The notes below the pieces were generated by a model that worked only from the letters and a program-made list of their open reading frames with translations, was not told where the DNA came from and did no database searches. Of a stretch of 64,000 nt of DNA, positions 19,646-29,699 are shown piece after piece (position 1 is the stretch's first letter; each line of letters opens with the position of its first letter). Where the stretch lies: the NCBI GenBank assembly GCA_947631955.1, contig CANRNJ010000005.1:85544-149543 (forward strand). The letters run 5' to 3'. This DNA comes from an uncultured Lachnospiraceae bacterium. GTDB lineage: Bacteria; Bacillota; Clostridia; Lachnospirales; Lachnospiraceae. Made by a program: the position numbers and the translations under genes.

Positions 19646-20869
19646 ATGAAAGAAAAAGTTATTCTTGCTTATTCCGGCGGACTTGACACAACTGTCATTA
19701 TTCCGTGGTTAAAGGAAAATTTTGATTACGAAGTCATCTGCGTATGCGGCAACTGCGGGCAGGCAGAGGAACTTGACGGTTTGGAGGAAAGAGCTTTGTC
19801 GAGCGGCGCGTCCAAACTATATATAGAAGATCTTACGGACGAATTCTGCAACGATTTCATCGTTCCCTGCGTACAGGCCCACGCCGTATATGAGAACAAA
19901 TATCTGCTCGGAACTTCCATGGCAAGGCCCGTGATCGCCAAGAAACTGGTAGAGATTGCCCGCAAGGAAGGCGCGAGCGCGATCTGCCACGGCGCAACCG
20001 GTAAGGGCAACGACCAGATCCGTTTTGAGTTGGCTATCAAAGCGCTGGCTCCCGATCTTAAGATCATCGCCGCATGGAGAAACGAGAAATGGACCATGCA
20101 GTCGCGTGAAGACGAGATCGAGTACTGCCGCCAGCACGGCATCCACCTTCCTTTTTCCGCGGACTCAAGCTACAGCCGCGATCGCAACCTCTGGCATATC
20201 AGCCACGAAGGTCTGGAATTGGAAGATCCCGCCAACGAACCCAATTACGACCATCTTCTCGTCCTCGGCACGACGCCTGAGAAAGCGCCCGACGAAGGCG
20301 AGTATGTCACCATGACGTTTGAAAAAGGCGTTCCCACTTCCGTGAACGGCAAAAAGATGAAAGTCGCCGACATCATCGCCACGCTCAACGAACTGGGCGG
20401 CAGGCACGGCATCGGCATCGTCGATATCGTGGAGAACCGTGTCGTAGGCATGAAGTCCCGCGGTGTATACGAAACGCCCGGCGGAACGATCCTCTACGAG
20501 GCGCATCAGCAGTTGGAAGAATTGATCCTTGACCGCGATACCTACGCTATGAAAGCGGATATGGGCAACAAATTCGCCCAGATCGTATACGAGGGCAAAT
20601 GGTTCACCCCGCTGCGCGAAGCGGTACAGGCTTTCATCGAATCCACACAGCGCTATGTGACCGGCGAAGTAAAGTTCAAACTGTACAAGGGCAATATCAT
20701 CAAAGCGGGCACTACTTCACCGTATACGCTGTACAACGAGAGCATTGCATCCTTCACGACCGGCGATCTGTACGACCACCACGACGCAGAGGGCTTTATC
20801 AACCTGTTCGGCCTGTCCTGCAAAGTGCGCGCCATGAAGATGCAGGAAAACGGTGAGAAGCTTATATAA
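19646..20869 (+). CDS. argG: Argininosuccinate synthase
   Basis: [59 protein letters not shown]; SD GGAGGAG. Confidence 0.97.
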   Translation: MKEKVILAYSGGLDTTVIIPWLKENFDYEVICVCGNCGQAEELDGLEERALSSGASKLYIEDLTDEFCNDFIVPCVQAHAVYENKYLLGTSMARPVIAKKLVEIARKEGASAICHGATGKGNDQIRFELAIKALAPDLKIIAAWRNEKWTMQSREDEIEYCRQHGIHLPFSADSSYSRDRNLWHISHEGLELEDPANEPNYDHLLVLGTTPEKAPDEGEYVTMTFEKGVPTSVNGKKMKVADIIATLNELGGRHGIGIVDIVENRVVGMKSRGVYETPGGTILYEAHQQLEELILDRDTYAMKADMGNKFAQIVYEGKWFTPLREAVQAFIESTQRYVTGEVKFKLYKGNIIKAGTTSPYTLYNESIASFTTGDLYDHHDAEGFINLFGLSCKVRAMKMQENGEKLI

Positions 20870-20881
20870 AAGATCGGTGCT

Positions 20882-21175
20882 ATGAATCCAGTTACATTGA
20901 TACTTATTTATCTGGCTGTTACCAATTTGATCAGTTTTACACTAATGGGGGTGGATAAATCCCGGTCGAAAAAGCGCGCATGGCGCATCCCGGAATCCAC
21001 CCTGTTTGTGCTTGCCCTGATAGGCGGCAGCATCGGTTCGATCGCAGGCATGCATCTGTTTCACCACAAGACACGGCACTGGTACTTCCTGTATGGGATG
21101 CCTGCCATCCTCATTCTTCAGATCCTGATCGTCATCCTGCTGGCGACCTCTCCGATCGAGTTTCTGATCATGTAA
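20882..21175 (+). CDS. DUF1294 domain membrane protein
   Basis: LMGVDKSRSKKRAWRIPESTL...GGSIG...FHHKTRH. Confidence 0.9.
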   Translation: MNPVTLILIYLAVTNLISFTLMGVDKSRSKKRAWRIPESTLFVLALIGGSIGSIAGMHLFHHKTRHWYFLYGMPAILILQILIVILLATSPIEFLIM

Positions 21176-21233
21176 CTTCCGGCGGTCTGCGGAGCCGTCG
21201 GCGTTTTCGTATAAAACAGGGGGAATTTCATTT

Positions 21234-22013
21234 ATGCATATTGCAATTTGCGATGATAATATCGCAGACAGAAAACAGATGGAACGTCTTTTGGAACGGG
21301 CTTCGGACCGGCGCATCCACACTACCGGCGTGTTCTATATCGACTCTTACGGCAACGTGGAAGCTGTCATGCGTTCTCCCATGCTCTACGACGCTTTCTT
21401 TATCGATATGACAAGCGGTCCGGTGAACGGTTTCCAACTCGCCCGCAGGCTGATCGACGCAGGCGTCACCGCCCCGATCGTACTGTGCATCTCCACGATC
21501 AATTACCGCGCCATCATAGACGCGGCCATCGCGGAAGCCCCCGACGCCGCTGCGGAAACATCCAACCACGACATCCTGCGCTGGAAACTCAAATCCCAGA
21601 TCCAGTACCTGAACAAACCGATCCGCGTCGCGGAACTGGACGAGATGCTGGATTATGCCATAGACCAGAAATCCAAGACGATCCCGACCATAGAACTGCG
21701 CGGAGAACAGGATACCCTCTACGTCTATGAAGACGAGATCATGTATGCAGAAAAAAGCGGCAACTATGTCCATGTAACGCTGACGGAAGACAGGGATATC
21801 GATATCCTGTCCACCATGCGCAATCTTTACACGGAAGTTGCCGGTTTCGATCATTTCTTTCCGATATCGGAGCAGGTCTTTGTCAACGTGTCCTTTATCC
21901 AAAAACTGGCCATGCTGAAACTGACCATGCGGGACGGCAGATCCTTTACCGTATCCCCGCTGGAACTTTCCCTTATCAAAAAGGCGATGGAACGCTACCG
22001 CGCCCAGACGTAA
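21234..22013 (+). CDS. LytTR family response regulator
   Basis: MHIAICDD receiver start, FFIDM, KPIR; C-terminal EIMYAEKSGNYVHV...FVNVSFI. Confidence 0.82.
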   Translation: MHIAICDDNIADRKQMERLLERASDRRIHTTGVFYIDSYGNVEAVMRSPMLYDAFFIDMTSGPVNGFQLARRLIDAGVTAPIVLCISTINYRAIIDAAIAEAPDAAAETSNHDILRWKLKSQIQYLNKPIRVAELDEMLDYAIDQKSKTIPTIELRGEQDTLYVYEDEIMYAEKSGNYVHVTLTEDRDIDILSTMRNLYTEVAGFDHFFPISEQVFVNVSFIQKLAMLKLTMRDGRSFTVSPLELSLIKKAMERYRAQT

Positions 22014-22019
22014 AGACCG

Positions 22020-22856
22020 TTACAGCGTCACGATCACGCCGCCGTCATTCGCATACATGCTGCTGACACCGGCCATATCCATTACGACGATATCTCTGTA
22101 AGAAGCCCTCTTCTTCATCAGGTCGAGCATATACTCCGCTCTCTGCGGACAGTTACAGTGCGTGATCATCAGGGTGCGCTGCTCGATATCCGGCATCTTG
22201 GCAACGACCTGATCCGCCATCTTGGTAAGCGCCTTGTTCGTACCGATCGCCTGACCGCTCTGTTCGATCGAGCCGCGCACGCCGACTAGGATCGGCTTGA
22301 TATTGAGCGAGGATGCCACGATTGCCTTGACGTTGCTGATCCTTCCGTTCTTCCGGAACGTTTCCAGATTGTCAAGCACAAAGTAGGTGCGCATCTTCAG
22401 TTTATAGTCTTCCACTTTTCTGACCGTTTCCTCAAAAGAAAGACCTGCTTCCTTGTATTCCAAGATCTTCATTGCCTGCTGCGTTTCGCCGCAGCTTGCG
22501 GATTCCGAATCCACGATATGGATCTTTTTTTCTCCGTGTTTCTCGATATACATGTCCCTGCCGACCGCGGCGCTGTTATAACTGCCGCTCAGATGGGAAG
22601 ACAGCGTCACGACGTACACTTCGTCCACATCGCCTTCATACGATTCCATGTATTTCTCCGGCGACGGGCACGCCGATCTCGGACACTGAGGGCAGGCCGC
22701 CACTTTGGCAAGAAAATCTTTCTGGTCAAACGTTTCGTCATCGACGATCTTCTCACCGCCCACTTCCAAAGTAAGCGGCACGCTGATGAACCGCTCATCG
22801 TTCTTGTACTGCTCCGGCAGTTCGCAGCAGCTGTCTACAACAATTCTGTAACTCAT
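22020..22856 (-). CDS. DegV family protein
   Basis: IVVDSCCEL, SACPSPE, LSSHLSGSYNSA, LETFRKNGRI, LNIKPIL; SD GGAGG. Confidence 0.93.
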   Translation of the reverse strand: MSYRIVVDSCCELPEQYKNDERFISVPLTLEVGGEKIVDDETFDQKDFLAKVAACPQCPRSACPSPEKYMESYEGDVDEVYVVTLSSHLSGSYNSAAVGRDMYIEKHGEKKIHIVDSESASCGETQQAMKILEYKEAGLSFEETVRKVEDYKLKMRTYFVLDNLETFRKNGRISNVKAIVASSLNIKPILVGVRGSIEQSGQAIGTNKALTKMADQVVAKMPDIEQRTLMITHCNCPQRAEYMLDLMKKRASYRDIVVMDMAGVSSMYANDGGVIVTL

Positions 22857-23050
22857 AAAGCCTCCACAACCATTCAATGTAGTTTTCATTACTACATATA
22901 ATAGCATAGTTGTGATGCAATGTAAATAGCAAGATAAAAAACTTGATTTCCCCCGCAGATGCTATATAATAGACTGCATAACCGGATCCGCATCAAACCT
23001 CGGTGCAGCGGCGGGATCCGTATATCGAGCACCGGGAACGGAGAGCCTGT

Positions 23051-23554
23051 ATGACCGCGCTGAAAGTAACCAACGTCAAACAGTTCATGGCAAGACTTCT
23101 TACGGGAGAAGACTTCGACTGCTTTCTTCTGGAGGAGGCTTCCGTCAGCACATACAATACGTTTCTTATCGACGGGCACCAGAACAAAGCGTTCTACACG
23201 GCCGAAGAATGGGAAGACGAAACGGTACGCCCCTATGACCTGTCGGAGTGGAAAACGGTCCGACCGATCTGCTTTGACCTGATCAAAGGGACCCGTACGC
23301 CCGCCGCCTTCCGCTTCGTGCTGCATCTGATCCCGAAATACACGGAGTCCATCCTGACAAAAGGCGGATCATCCGTGTCCGCCGCGCAGGTGAAGGCCTT
23401 CGTCCTGACCATAAAATATGACGGCGCCGGCCTTATCTTAGTAAGCGGCACCGCCTTTCGCACTTTTCTTCCGGACAAAACGCCCGATACCCTGTGGGAT
23501 CAGGCGCTTAAACGGTTCCTGTCCGAAAAAGACATATCGTTCGAGGAATTATAA
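23051..23554 (+). CDS. Conserved hypothetical protein (DUF5721-like)
   Basis: KQFMARLL...FDCFLL...IDGHQNKAFY...CFDLIKGTRTP. Confidence 0.75.
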   Translation: MTALKVTNVKQFMARLLTGEDFDCFLLEEASVSTYNTFLIDGHQNKAFYTAEEWEDETVRPYDLSEWKTVRPICFDLIKGTRTPAAFRFVLHLIPKYTESILTKGGSSVSAAQVKAFVLTIKYDGAGLILVSGTAFRTFLPDKTPDTLWDQALKRFLSEKDISFEEL

Positions 23555-23573
23555 CGGCTTTCGGACGGCGTTC

Positions 23574-23903
23574 CTATCTTACGCCGTACCAGAACTGCCC
23601 GTGAGTGATCCCGTAATCCACCACCGCCAGAGCCATTGCGAACAAGAGCATAAGGCCGAGCATCACCACCGCGGCGAAATCATAGACGATCTTATATTTT
23701 CCGGTTCTGGACTTGTGGTCCTCTGCCAGTATCTCGCAGCCTAAAAGGATGAATATGACCGGCCAGATACGGAAAATGTACTCATATCTGACCAGCGGGC
23801 AGACCGTGTGGACCAGAAACAAGACCCCGTAACATATGAGGACCACCCCGAACGTCACCGATCCGACCCTGCGGACACGGTATTCTGTGTTCTCCTTTTC
23901 CAT
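23574..23903 (-). CDS. Small membrane protein (ECF cassette)
   Basis: RRVGSVTFGVVLICYG...WPVIFILLGCEIL; three hydrophobic segments. Confidence 0.75.
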   Translation of the reverse strand: MEKENTEYRVRRVGSVTFGVVLICYGVLFLVHTVCPLVRYEYIFRIWPVIFILLGCEILAEDHKSRTGKYKIVYDFAAVVMLGLMLLFAMALAVVDYGITHGQFWYGVR

Positions 23904-23910
23904 AGTCTTC

Positions 23911-24513
23911 TCAGTCCTCCTTGTCCCCAATCCCGCGGGCGGCCGCGGTATCCTGCAGATCCGCCGCGCTGTCCGGGTCCGCCGTGAAAGTCTTCTTTTT
24001 CCCCCTGAGCAGCGAAGCGCCGACCCAGATCACCGCTGCCGCAAACAGGACCCTTGGGAACACATCGTACAGATAATAGCAGACGATCTGCATATACCGG
24101 TTGTCATAGCCGAAGATATCCACCAGAATATCCAGCACAACGTTTCCCAACATGATAACGCCGAGAAAAAGCAGCACCGCCGCCACGATCTTTCTGTATT
24201 TTTCCACCAGTCCGATCCGGAACTCCTCGATGCCGTCGATCCCGCCCAAGCCGAACAGATACTCGTCTTTCATCGCGGCAAACGCCTCGTCGCTCAATCC
24301 GCCGAGATTATTGGCATGGAAAAAACTATAGACATACAGGACGACCGGGAAAATCGCCAGCACTCCCATGTTTGTGATCGCCGCAAAAGCGATCAGCCCC
24401 GCAAACCCCAGCATAAAGCTGACGCCCATTTTCATAAACCCAAGATACATCTGTCCTGCCCCCGGTATCAGGGACAAAATAAATAACCAAAATCTATTCT
24501 TCTTTTTCTGCAT
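23911..24513 (-). CDS. Membrane protein (ECF cassette)
   Basis: LSLIPGAGQMYLGFMKMG motif; several TM segments. Confidence 0.8.
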   Translation of the reverse strand: MQKKKNRFWLFILSLIPGAGQMYLGFMKMGVSFMLGFAGLIAFAAITNMGVLAIFPVVLYVYSFFHANNLGGLSDEAFAAMKDEYLFGLGGIDGIEEFRIGLVEKYRKIVAAVLLFLGVIMLGNVVLDILVDIFGYDNRYMQIVCYYLYDVFPRVLFAAAVIWVGASLLRGKKKTFTADPDSAADLQDTAAARGIGDKED

Positions 24514-24988
24514 GATCTTCCTCCCTATCTGCGCCTGTTAATTCTGTGATCCTTTCGTTGAAGTTCTGAAATATTTCTTTGATGCCGCCGCTTTCCCGCG
24601 CTCTCCTGTACCGCTCCCACTGATCCTGCGCGTCCTTCTGGTGCTCTATGGCCATCTGCTCCATATTTTCGGCCGTCTGCTGCATCACGGACTCCTGACC
24701 CGGTTTCTCGGCGCCATCGTCCGGCAGCAGGACAAGAAACGTCAGGGCTGCCGCCATGGCCGCCAGTACCTTGGCCCGGTACAGCAGGATCTGTCTTTTC
24801 CCGCTCTTTTCCCTGCCGCGCCGTATCTGCGCCATGACGTCTTCTTTCAGGCGGGCGGGTGCGCGGAGCATTTCCTGCGACTCAACCTGTTCCATCAGTG
24901 CCCGCAGTTCGTCTTCGCTCAGGTATTCCAAGATGCCGGTGCGTTCTTCAGGATCGATCTTTTCTCTGTTTTCCATGTTTCTTATCAT
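24494..24988 (-). CDS. Putative anti-sigma factor (single TM)
   Basis: Overlaps sigma stop by 4 nt; YLSEDEL...APARLKEDVM, then TM KVLAAMAAALTFLVLL. Confidence 0.65.
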   Translation of the reverse strand: MIRNMENREKIDPEERTGILEYLSEDELRALMEQVESQEMLRAPARLKEDVMAQIRRGREKSGKRQILLYRAKVLAAMAAALTFLVLLPDDGAEKPGQESVMQQTAENMEQMAIEHQKDAQDQWERYRRARESGGIKEIFQNFNERITELTGADREEDHAEKEE

Positions 24989-25500
24989 GTGTCTGACTCC
25001 TTTCCGTACATCTTGCGAAGCATTGCCCTTGCGCGGTAGACCTGCGTCTGTACTGTTTTGATCTTCATGCCTCTGGCGCGCGCGATCTGCGGCGCATCCA
25101 TCTCGTCGTAATAGTACGCCTTGGCGATCTCGTCATAAGGCGGCTTCAGCGACCGGCATCTCTCCAACAGCGTCCGCCGCACTTCCTCTTCCAGACAGAT
25201 ATTCTCCGGCGATTGCGTTCCGGACGCCGGTATGTCCATTCCCGCATCCTCTGTCGGAATACTTCTTCTTCCCGCACTCTGCATATAATCTATACATTTG
25301 TTGGCGGCGATCCTGCACAGCCACGCCTTCTCATTTCCTCCGTCAAAGTTTTTCAGATGGCTGTATGCCGACAGGAACGTTTCCTGCGTCAGATCCTCGG
25401 AGGCAAAATAGTCCGCCGTCATCTTGTAGCATACGGAAAATACAAGGTGCTGGTAAGAATCGATCAGCGCTGATAATCGTTCTTCCCCGTTGATAACTAT
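24985..25500 (-). CDS. ECF RNA polymerase sigma factor; probable non-canonical start (ATA 25500 or ATC 25494)
   Basis: Region 2 LIDSYQHLVFSVCYKMTADYFASEDLTQETFLSAY...KAWLCRIAANKCIDY; region 4 TVQTQVYRAR; in-frame TAA at 25515 and first ATG only at 25422. Confidence 0.85.
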   Translation of the reverse strand: MVINGEERLSALIDSYQHLVFSVCYKMTADYFASEDLTQETFLSAYSHLKNFDGGNEKAWLCRIAANKCIDYMQSAGRRSIPTEDAGMDIPASGTQSPENICLEEEVRRTLLERCRSLKPPYDEIAKAYYYDEMDAPQIARARGMKIKTVQTQVYRARAMLRKMYGKESDT

Positions 25501-25605
25501 GTGCCCCCTTTCTTAAGTGCTTCTATCTATTATAACGGAACAAACACCGGATCGTCTTCAATCTGCGGCAGGAAATATCAAAATTTTTTGCCGCGCCGCC
25601 TGCAC

Positions 25606-25750
25606 GGTCATGCGGGGCTGTTTTATCGGCAGGCCGCCTTTATCCGTTGGTCATGCGGTCTTATTCATGCAAAGCTGCTTTATCGGCAGACTGCCTTTAT
25701 CCGCTAGTCGTGCGGGGCAGTTTTATTGCAGTTGATTTCTTTATCCGTAT
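25606..25750. repeat. Three degenerate direct repeats upstream of patatin gene
   Basis: GCTGTTTTATCGGCAGGCCGCCTTTATCCG / GCTGCTTTATCGGCAGACTGCCTTTATCCG / GCAGTTTTATTGCAG...CTTTATCCG. Confidence 0.6.
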
Positions 25751-25785
25751 TGCATATAATAAATGCTGAAGAAAGGCGGTGTGCT

Positions 25786-26631
25786 ATGAAAACAGGCGTT
25801 ATAGATGTGGGCGGCGGATTCCGGGGGATCTATGCCTGCGGTGTGTTGGACTACTGTCTGGATCAGAATATCCGGTTTGACCTTGGGATCGGCATATCGG
25901 CGGGAAGCGCGAACCTCGCCTCTTTTATCGCCGGTCAAAGAGGACGCAACTATACCTTTTACACGGAATACGGTCTTAGAAAACAGTACGCGGGCGTGGG
26001 AAATTTCATACGGAAAAAGTCTTTTATCGATATGGACTACGTCTACGGCACACTCAGCAACCACGACGGAGAATACCCGCTTGATTACGCCGTATTGAAA
26101 GACAATCCGATGGAATTTATTGTGGTTGCGGCAGACGCCGTGACCGGAAAAGCAAAATATTTTGATAAACGGGATATCTGTCAGGACAACTACGATGTAT
26201 TTAAAGCATCCTCGTCCATACCTTTTATCTGCCAGCCCTTCTTCATTCAGGGAACGCCCTATTACGACGGGGCGCTGGGCGATCCCGTTCCAGTGAAAAA
26301 AGCGTTTGCCATGGGATGCGATCGTGTGGTCTTATTGCTGACGAGGCCGGAAAATGTCCTGCGGACTCCGAAAAAAGACGAGGTACTGGCTGCCCGGATC
26401 CGTAAAAAATACCCCAATGCGGCGAAAAGGCTGCGGCAGAGAGCGGCCCGATACAATAAGGATGTTGCACTGGCACAGGAGTATGCAAAACAGGGAAAAG
26501 TGCTGATCGTTGCGCCGGACGACACCTGCGGCGTCAGTACGCTGTCCCGCGACCCGGCAGACATCAAACGGCTTTATGACAAAGGCTATGCCGATGGAGC
26601 AAAAATCAAATCTTTCCTGCATCAGAATTGA
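25786..26631 (+). CDS. Patatin-like phospholipase family protein
   Basis: GGGFRG, GISAG nucleophile elbow, YYDGAL; SD GAAAGG. Confidence 0.92.
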   Translation: MKTGVIDVGGGFRGIYACGVLDYCLDQNIRFDLGIGISAGSANLASFIAGQRGRNYTFYTEYGLRKQYAGVGNFIRKKSFIDMDYVYGTLSNHDGEYPLDYAVLKDNPMEFIVVAADAVTGKAKYFDKRDICQDNYDVFKASSSIPFICQPFFIQGTPYYDGALGDPVPVKKAFAMGCDRVVLLLTRPENVLRTPKKDEVLAARIRKKYPNAAKRLRQRAARYNKDVALAQEYAKQGKVLIVAPDDTCGVSTLSRDPADIKRLYDKGYADGAKIKSFLHQN

Positions 26632-26658
26632 CAGGCAGGCTTGGCTCATTATCCGCGT

Positions 26659-26720
26659 AAAAAAGACGGCCCGCACACCGGTACATCATTTAAGAAGCAC
26701 CGGCCGCACGACCGTCTTTT
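26659..26720. terminator. Bidirectional intrinsic terminator between convergent genes
   Basis: AAAAAAGACGG...CCGGT loop ACCGG...CCGTCTTTT. Confidence 0.7.
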
Positions 26721-26737
26721 GTTGATCTTGTTTTATC

Positions 26738-26880
26738 TTACTGCTTATCTTATTTTTGATCGGACTTTTATTTTACCGCTTATCTTATTTTTGATCCGAT
26801 TTTTATTTTACTGCTTATTTTATCTTTAATCGGATTTTGATTTTATTGCTGATCTTACTGCTTATCTTATTTTGATCTGA
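26738..26880. repeat. AT-rich 35-bp tandem repeats (TTACTGCTTATCTTATTTTTGATC core)
   Basis: Unit starts 26738, 26773, 26808, 26855; lies between stop codon of 26901 gene and terminator. Confidence 0.8.
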
Positions 26881-27960
26881 TTATTTACCTTCTTAAATCA
26901 TCAGTTCTTAAGAAAAGCGACAACGCCGTTGTTCTGCAGGTTCAGGACAACATGGTCGTTTCTTACTTCCGTCACTTCCACGTCTGTCCATGCGCCGTCA
27001 ACGTACTGTGCTGCCGTGACAGCATCTCCCTGTACAACGCCGGGCATATAGAAGTTGACAACTGCCGCTTTTGCCGGGAATGTCACCTTTACTACGTTCA
27101 GCACTGTGCCCTCGCGAGCCGCGCGTACGGAATTTACATAGAACGAAGATACTTTGGAGATCATCGCGGTCGCGTTCGTTTCCTTGCCGTCAATGATCAG
27201 GCCGCCGCCCTGTGCGACAGGCACTTCGCCTTCGATCCCTTCTGTGTTTATGACCGCATTGTTATAGTACTCGCCTGCAGATTTGCCCGCTGCCTGTGCA
27301 AGCTGCATATCCACCATGTTCTGGAATCCCAGTCTGCTTGCTTCCTGCGCCATCTGAGCCGTTGCTTTGGCTGCTGCCGTATCGCCCGGCTGCTTCGCAG
27401 GCTGCCCGCAGGACGCTGCCTCTCCGCTCTGGCTTTCCTCTCTCACAAGTGTCATAGGCGAGTAGGAGAAGATCGTATCGTCGTCCGTTCTTTTGATATT
27501 CCAGCATAACAGCGTATTATCATCCTTCAGCCAGTATACGCAGGCGTCCTCGCCTACCGCAAGTTCTGAGGGCTTCGTTTCTCCTCTCCACAGGTCGTAA
27601 CCGACGGTCGTCGTACTGCCGTCATAGTACGTCAACGTCACGGTGTCGTTCTCCATATGATAGGTTCTGGAATTCCATCGGTCAGCGGCATAGCCGTCCT
27701 CTCCGAAAGTGCTGAAGCCGATCGGTGCGTCTGTTGTCCATGTGCCGACTATTTCTTCCTGCTTCACCTGCTCGGTCCTGTCCGCCGCTTCCGCCGTCGC
27801 AGGCAGGAACATACCGGCGCACAGCGCCGCCGCCATAGCGCATACTGCTGTTTTCATCCGTTTCATTTTCTTTTCCTCCTAATAATGCCGTTTCTGCCGC
27901 AAAAAACAAAAACGGCGCATTTTCTGTCACTCTGACAACCTTATTATACGCCCCCCCCCA
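26851..27960. repeat. Direct repeat copy A (about 1.1 kb) of 29700..30809
   Basis: Constant offset 2849 bp; identical antisense ORF translations in the ORF track; includes gene and both flanks. Confidence 0.95.
26901..27866 (-). CDS. Secreted/surface protein, copy A
   Basis: Signal peptide MKRMKTAVCAMAAALCAGMFLPATAEA; beta-rich C-terminal domain ...VNFYMPGV...QYVDGAWTDVEVTEVRNDHVVL; SD GGAGG. Confidence 0.85.
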   Translation of the reverse strand: MKRMKTAVCAMAAALCAGMFLPATAEAADRTEQVKQEEIVGTWTTDAPIGFSTFGEDGYAADRWNSRTYHMENDTVTLTYYDGSTTTVGYDLWRGETKPSELAVGEDACVYWLKDDNTLLCWNIKRTDDDTIFSYSPMTLVREESQSGEAASCGQPAKQPGDTAAAKATAQMAQEASRLGFQNMVDMQLAQAAGKSAGEYYNNAVINTEGIEGEVPVAQGGGLIIDGKETNATAMISKVSSFYVNSVRAAREGTVLNVVKVTFPAKAAVVNFYMPGVVQGDAVTAAQYVDGAWTDVEVTEVRNDHVVLNLQNNGVVAFLKN

Positions 27961-27979
27961 AATATGGCAAGCACTTTTT

Positions 27980-28230
27980 GCCTTTTCGACCTTTTTTCGA
28001 CCATTTTTCGACCTGCAGCTTTTCCTTCGTTTTTAATTTTTCTTGCATTGGTTTCTAAATAAAGCGCCTCCCATAACTTCACCCATTCCTTCCACTACTT
28101 TCTCATATTTTTTAGCGATTTCCCGGATCACATCATTTGCTGTTTCCAAAAGCGTTGTCCTGTCAAAATCCGACAAACTGCCTGCTTTTACCAGCGTGTC
28201 CAGACGTTCTATGATATCTCTGTATTCCTT
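27980..28230 (-). pseudogene. C-terminal remnant of an Rpn/YhgA-like (PD-(D/E)XK transposase-family) gene, frameshifted
   Basis: EYRDIIERLDTLV...IAKKYEKVVEGMGEVMGGAL; removing one T gives LETNARKIKNEGKAAGRK; TTTTCGACC x3 resembles GR(E/K)xG tail repeats. Confidence 0.55.
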
Positions 28231-28874
28231 TGTCCCTGCTGGCTGCAATTTTTTTTGCTATTTTTATCTATCTGTAAGCAGATAAGTGTTGCTGTCATTA
28301 GATAAATAACGAGTATCACACCCTCTAAAGCTATTGTGGAATAAGGGCGAGGATAAAAGTTTGACAATGTTCTCACTATAAATCTAATAGGAAAACATAT
28401 TCCTACCCATACTGAAATCTTGTAAAATTTTTTACGAAATGCCTGCGCATTTTCATTCGCTTCACTTTTTCTCTTCTGATATGAATATTCGAATCCACCT
28501 ATAATTACAACAAACGGTATGAAACTGAGCACGCCAAAGAATATATTTTGTAAAATGATAATTGCTATGAACTGAATAATCAATATCATAACTTCGAGCG
28601 TAATCATGAAAATCATAATTTGATGAAACCCATCGCTTTTTACTTCCTTAACCTTTGGTAAGTCATTATCGCTTTCATACTCATCATTCAAAAGATAATC
28701 CGTGGTAACTCCAAACAACCTGCTTAGATGTAAAATATTGGCAGCATCTGGCTGTGCTGTTGCACTTTCCCAACGAGAAATCGCTTGTCTGGATATATTT
28801 AGTTTTTCGGCTAAGTCTTCTTGCGACCAGCCATTTGATTTTCTAAGTTGAATGATCTTATCTGGCAGCTTCAT
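28209..28874 (-). CDS. XRE family HTH regulator with C-terminal membrane domain (low GC)
   Basis: IIQLRKSNGWSQEDLAEKLNISRQAISRWESATAQPD; four TM segments. Confidence 0.88.
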   Translation of the reverse strand: MKLPDKIIQLRKSNGWSQEDLAEKLNISRQAISRWESATAQPDAANILHLSRLFGVTTDYLLNDEYESDNDLPKVKEVKSDGFHQIMIFMITLEVMILIIQFIAIIILQNIFFGVLSFIPFVVIIGGFEYSYQKRKSEANENAQAFRKKFYKISVWVGICFPIRFIVRTLSNFYPRPYSTIALEGVILVIYLMTATLICLQIDKNSKKNCSQQGQRNTEIS

Positions 28875-29115
28875 AACGAAACCCTCCTTGCTTTGGTGAT
28901 TCCATTGTAGCTGAAAGCTCCGTTTAATGCTACCACACCAACTTTACATTTCCGCAACATGACTTTACATCGCTAAAAAATCCCGATTTGTTTCACTGAC
29001 ATAATACCACAATCATACTCATTTACATATCACATCGGGCAGGGCTTCGACCAGGCCCACAATTCAGAAAGGGATTGCGAAGTTCAATAGCGTTTTGTGT
29101 TTTGGCAATTTGGGG

Positions 29116-29440
29116 TCAGCCTGTATATTTTCTGTATTTCTGATTCTTGCTGTTCGGTTTGTCAGGAATCGTGCGTTCAATCAGGTTCTGTTCCAGAGCC
29201 GGATTCAGATAATTCTTTCTGAAGGTCGGCCTATGAGAAAGATTGAGCCGCTCCATAAGTTCCGCAGCTGAGAGCGTATCATCGCCGAGGGCGGAGAGCA
29301 GACGCTCGACCGAAGTTTTATCTTGGACGGTTACTTGGTCGCTATCTTGATCGGTGATGCGGCCGACCTGTTCGCTGATCTCTGCAATCAGGAATATCAT
29401 TTTATCCGTCATGTGAAACGGCGGTTTATAATCGCACGAA
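29116..29440 (-). pseudogene. Fic family gene with in-frame internal deletion of the catalytic domain
   Basis: N-terminus YKPPFHMTDKMIFLIAEISEQVGRI joined directly to C-terminal HTH TDQDSDQV...LSHRPTFRKNYLNPAL...IPDKPNSKNQKY; no HPFxDGNGR motif. Confidence 0.7.
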
Positions 29441-29609
29441 ACATTTACCAAGCGTGCCCCTCCCTTCTTTTCACCGGTGCAGTTCCATTATACAAGACAC
29501 TTTAAAAGTATTCAATTAATTGTTCACTATTCAACAATTAGTTATTCACTGTCGGTTGTTTTGGCTTGTCAAAAGACCTCTGCATCCTTAAACATCACGA
29601 TTCACCAAA

Positions 29610-29666
29610 ATAAAACGCCCGCCTCTGATACGGCTGACACATTCCAGCCGCCAGAAACGGACGTTT
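29610..29666 (-). terminator. Putative terminator hairpin downstream of copy B
   Basis: AAAACG...CGGCTG loop CAGCCG...CGTTT. Confidence 0.45.
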
Positions 29667-29699
29667 GGTCTTATCTTTATCTTATTGCTGTCTTATTTT

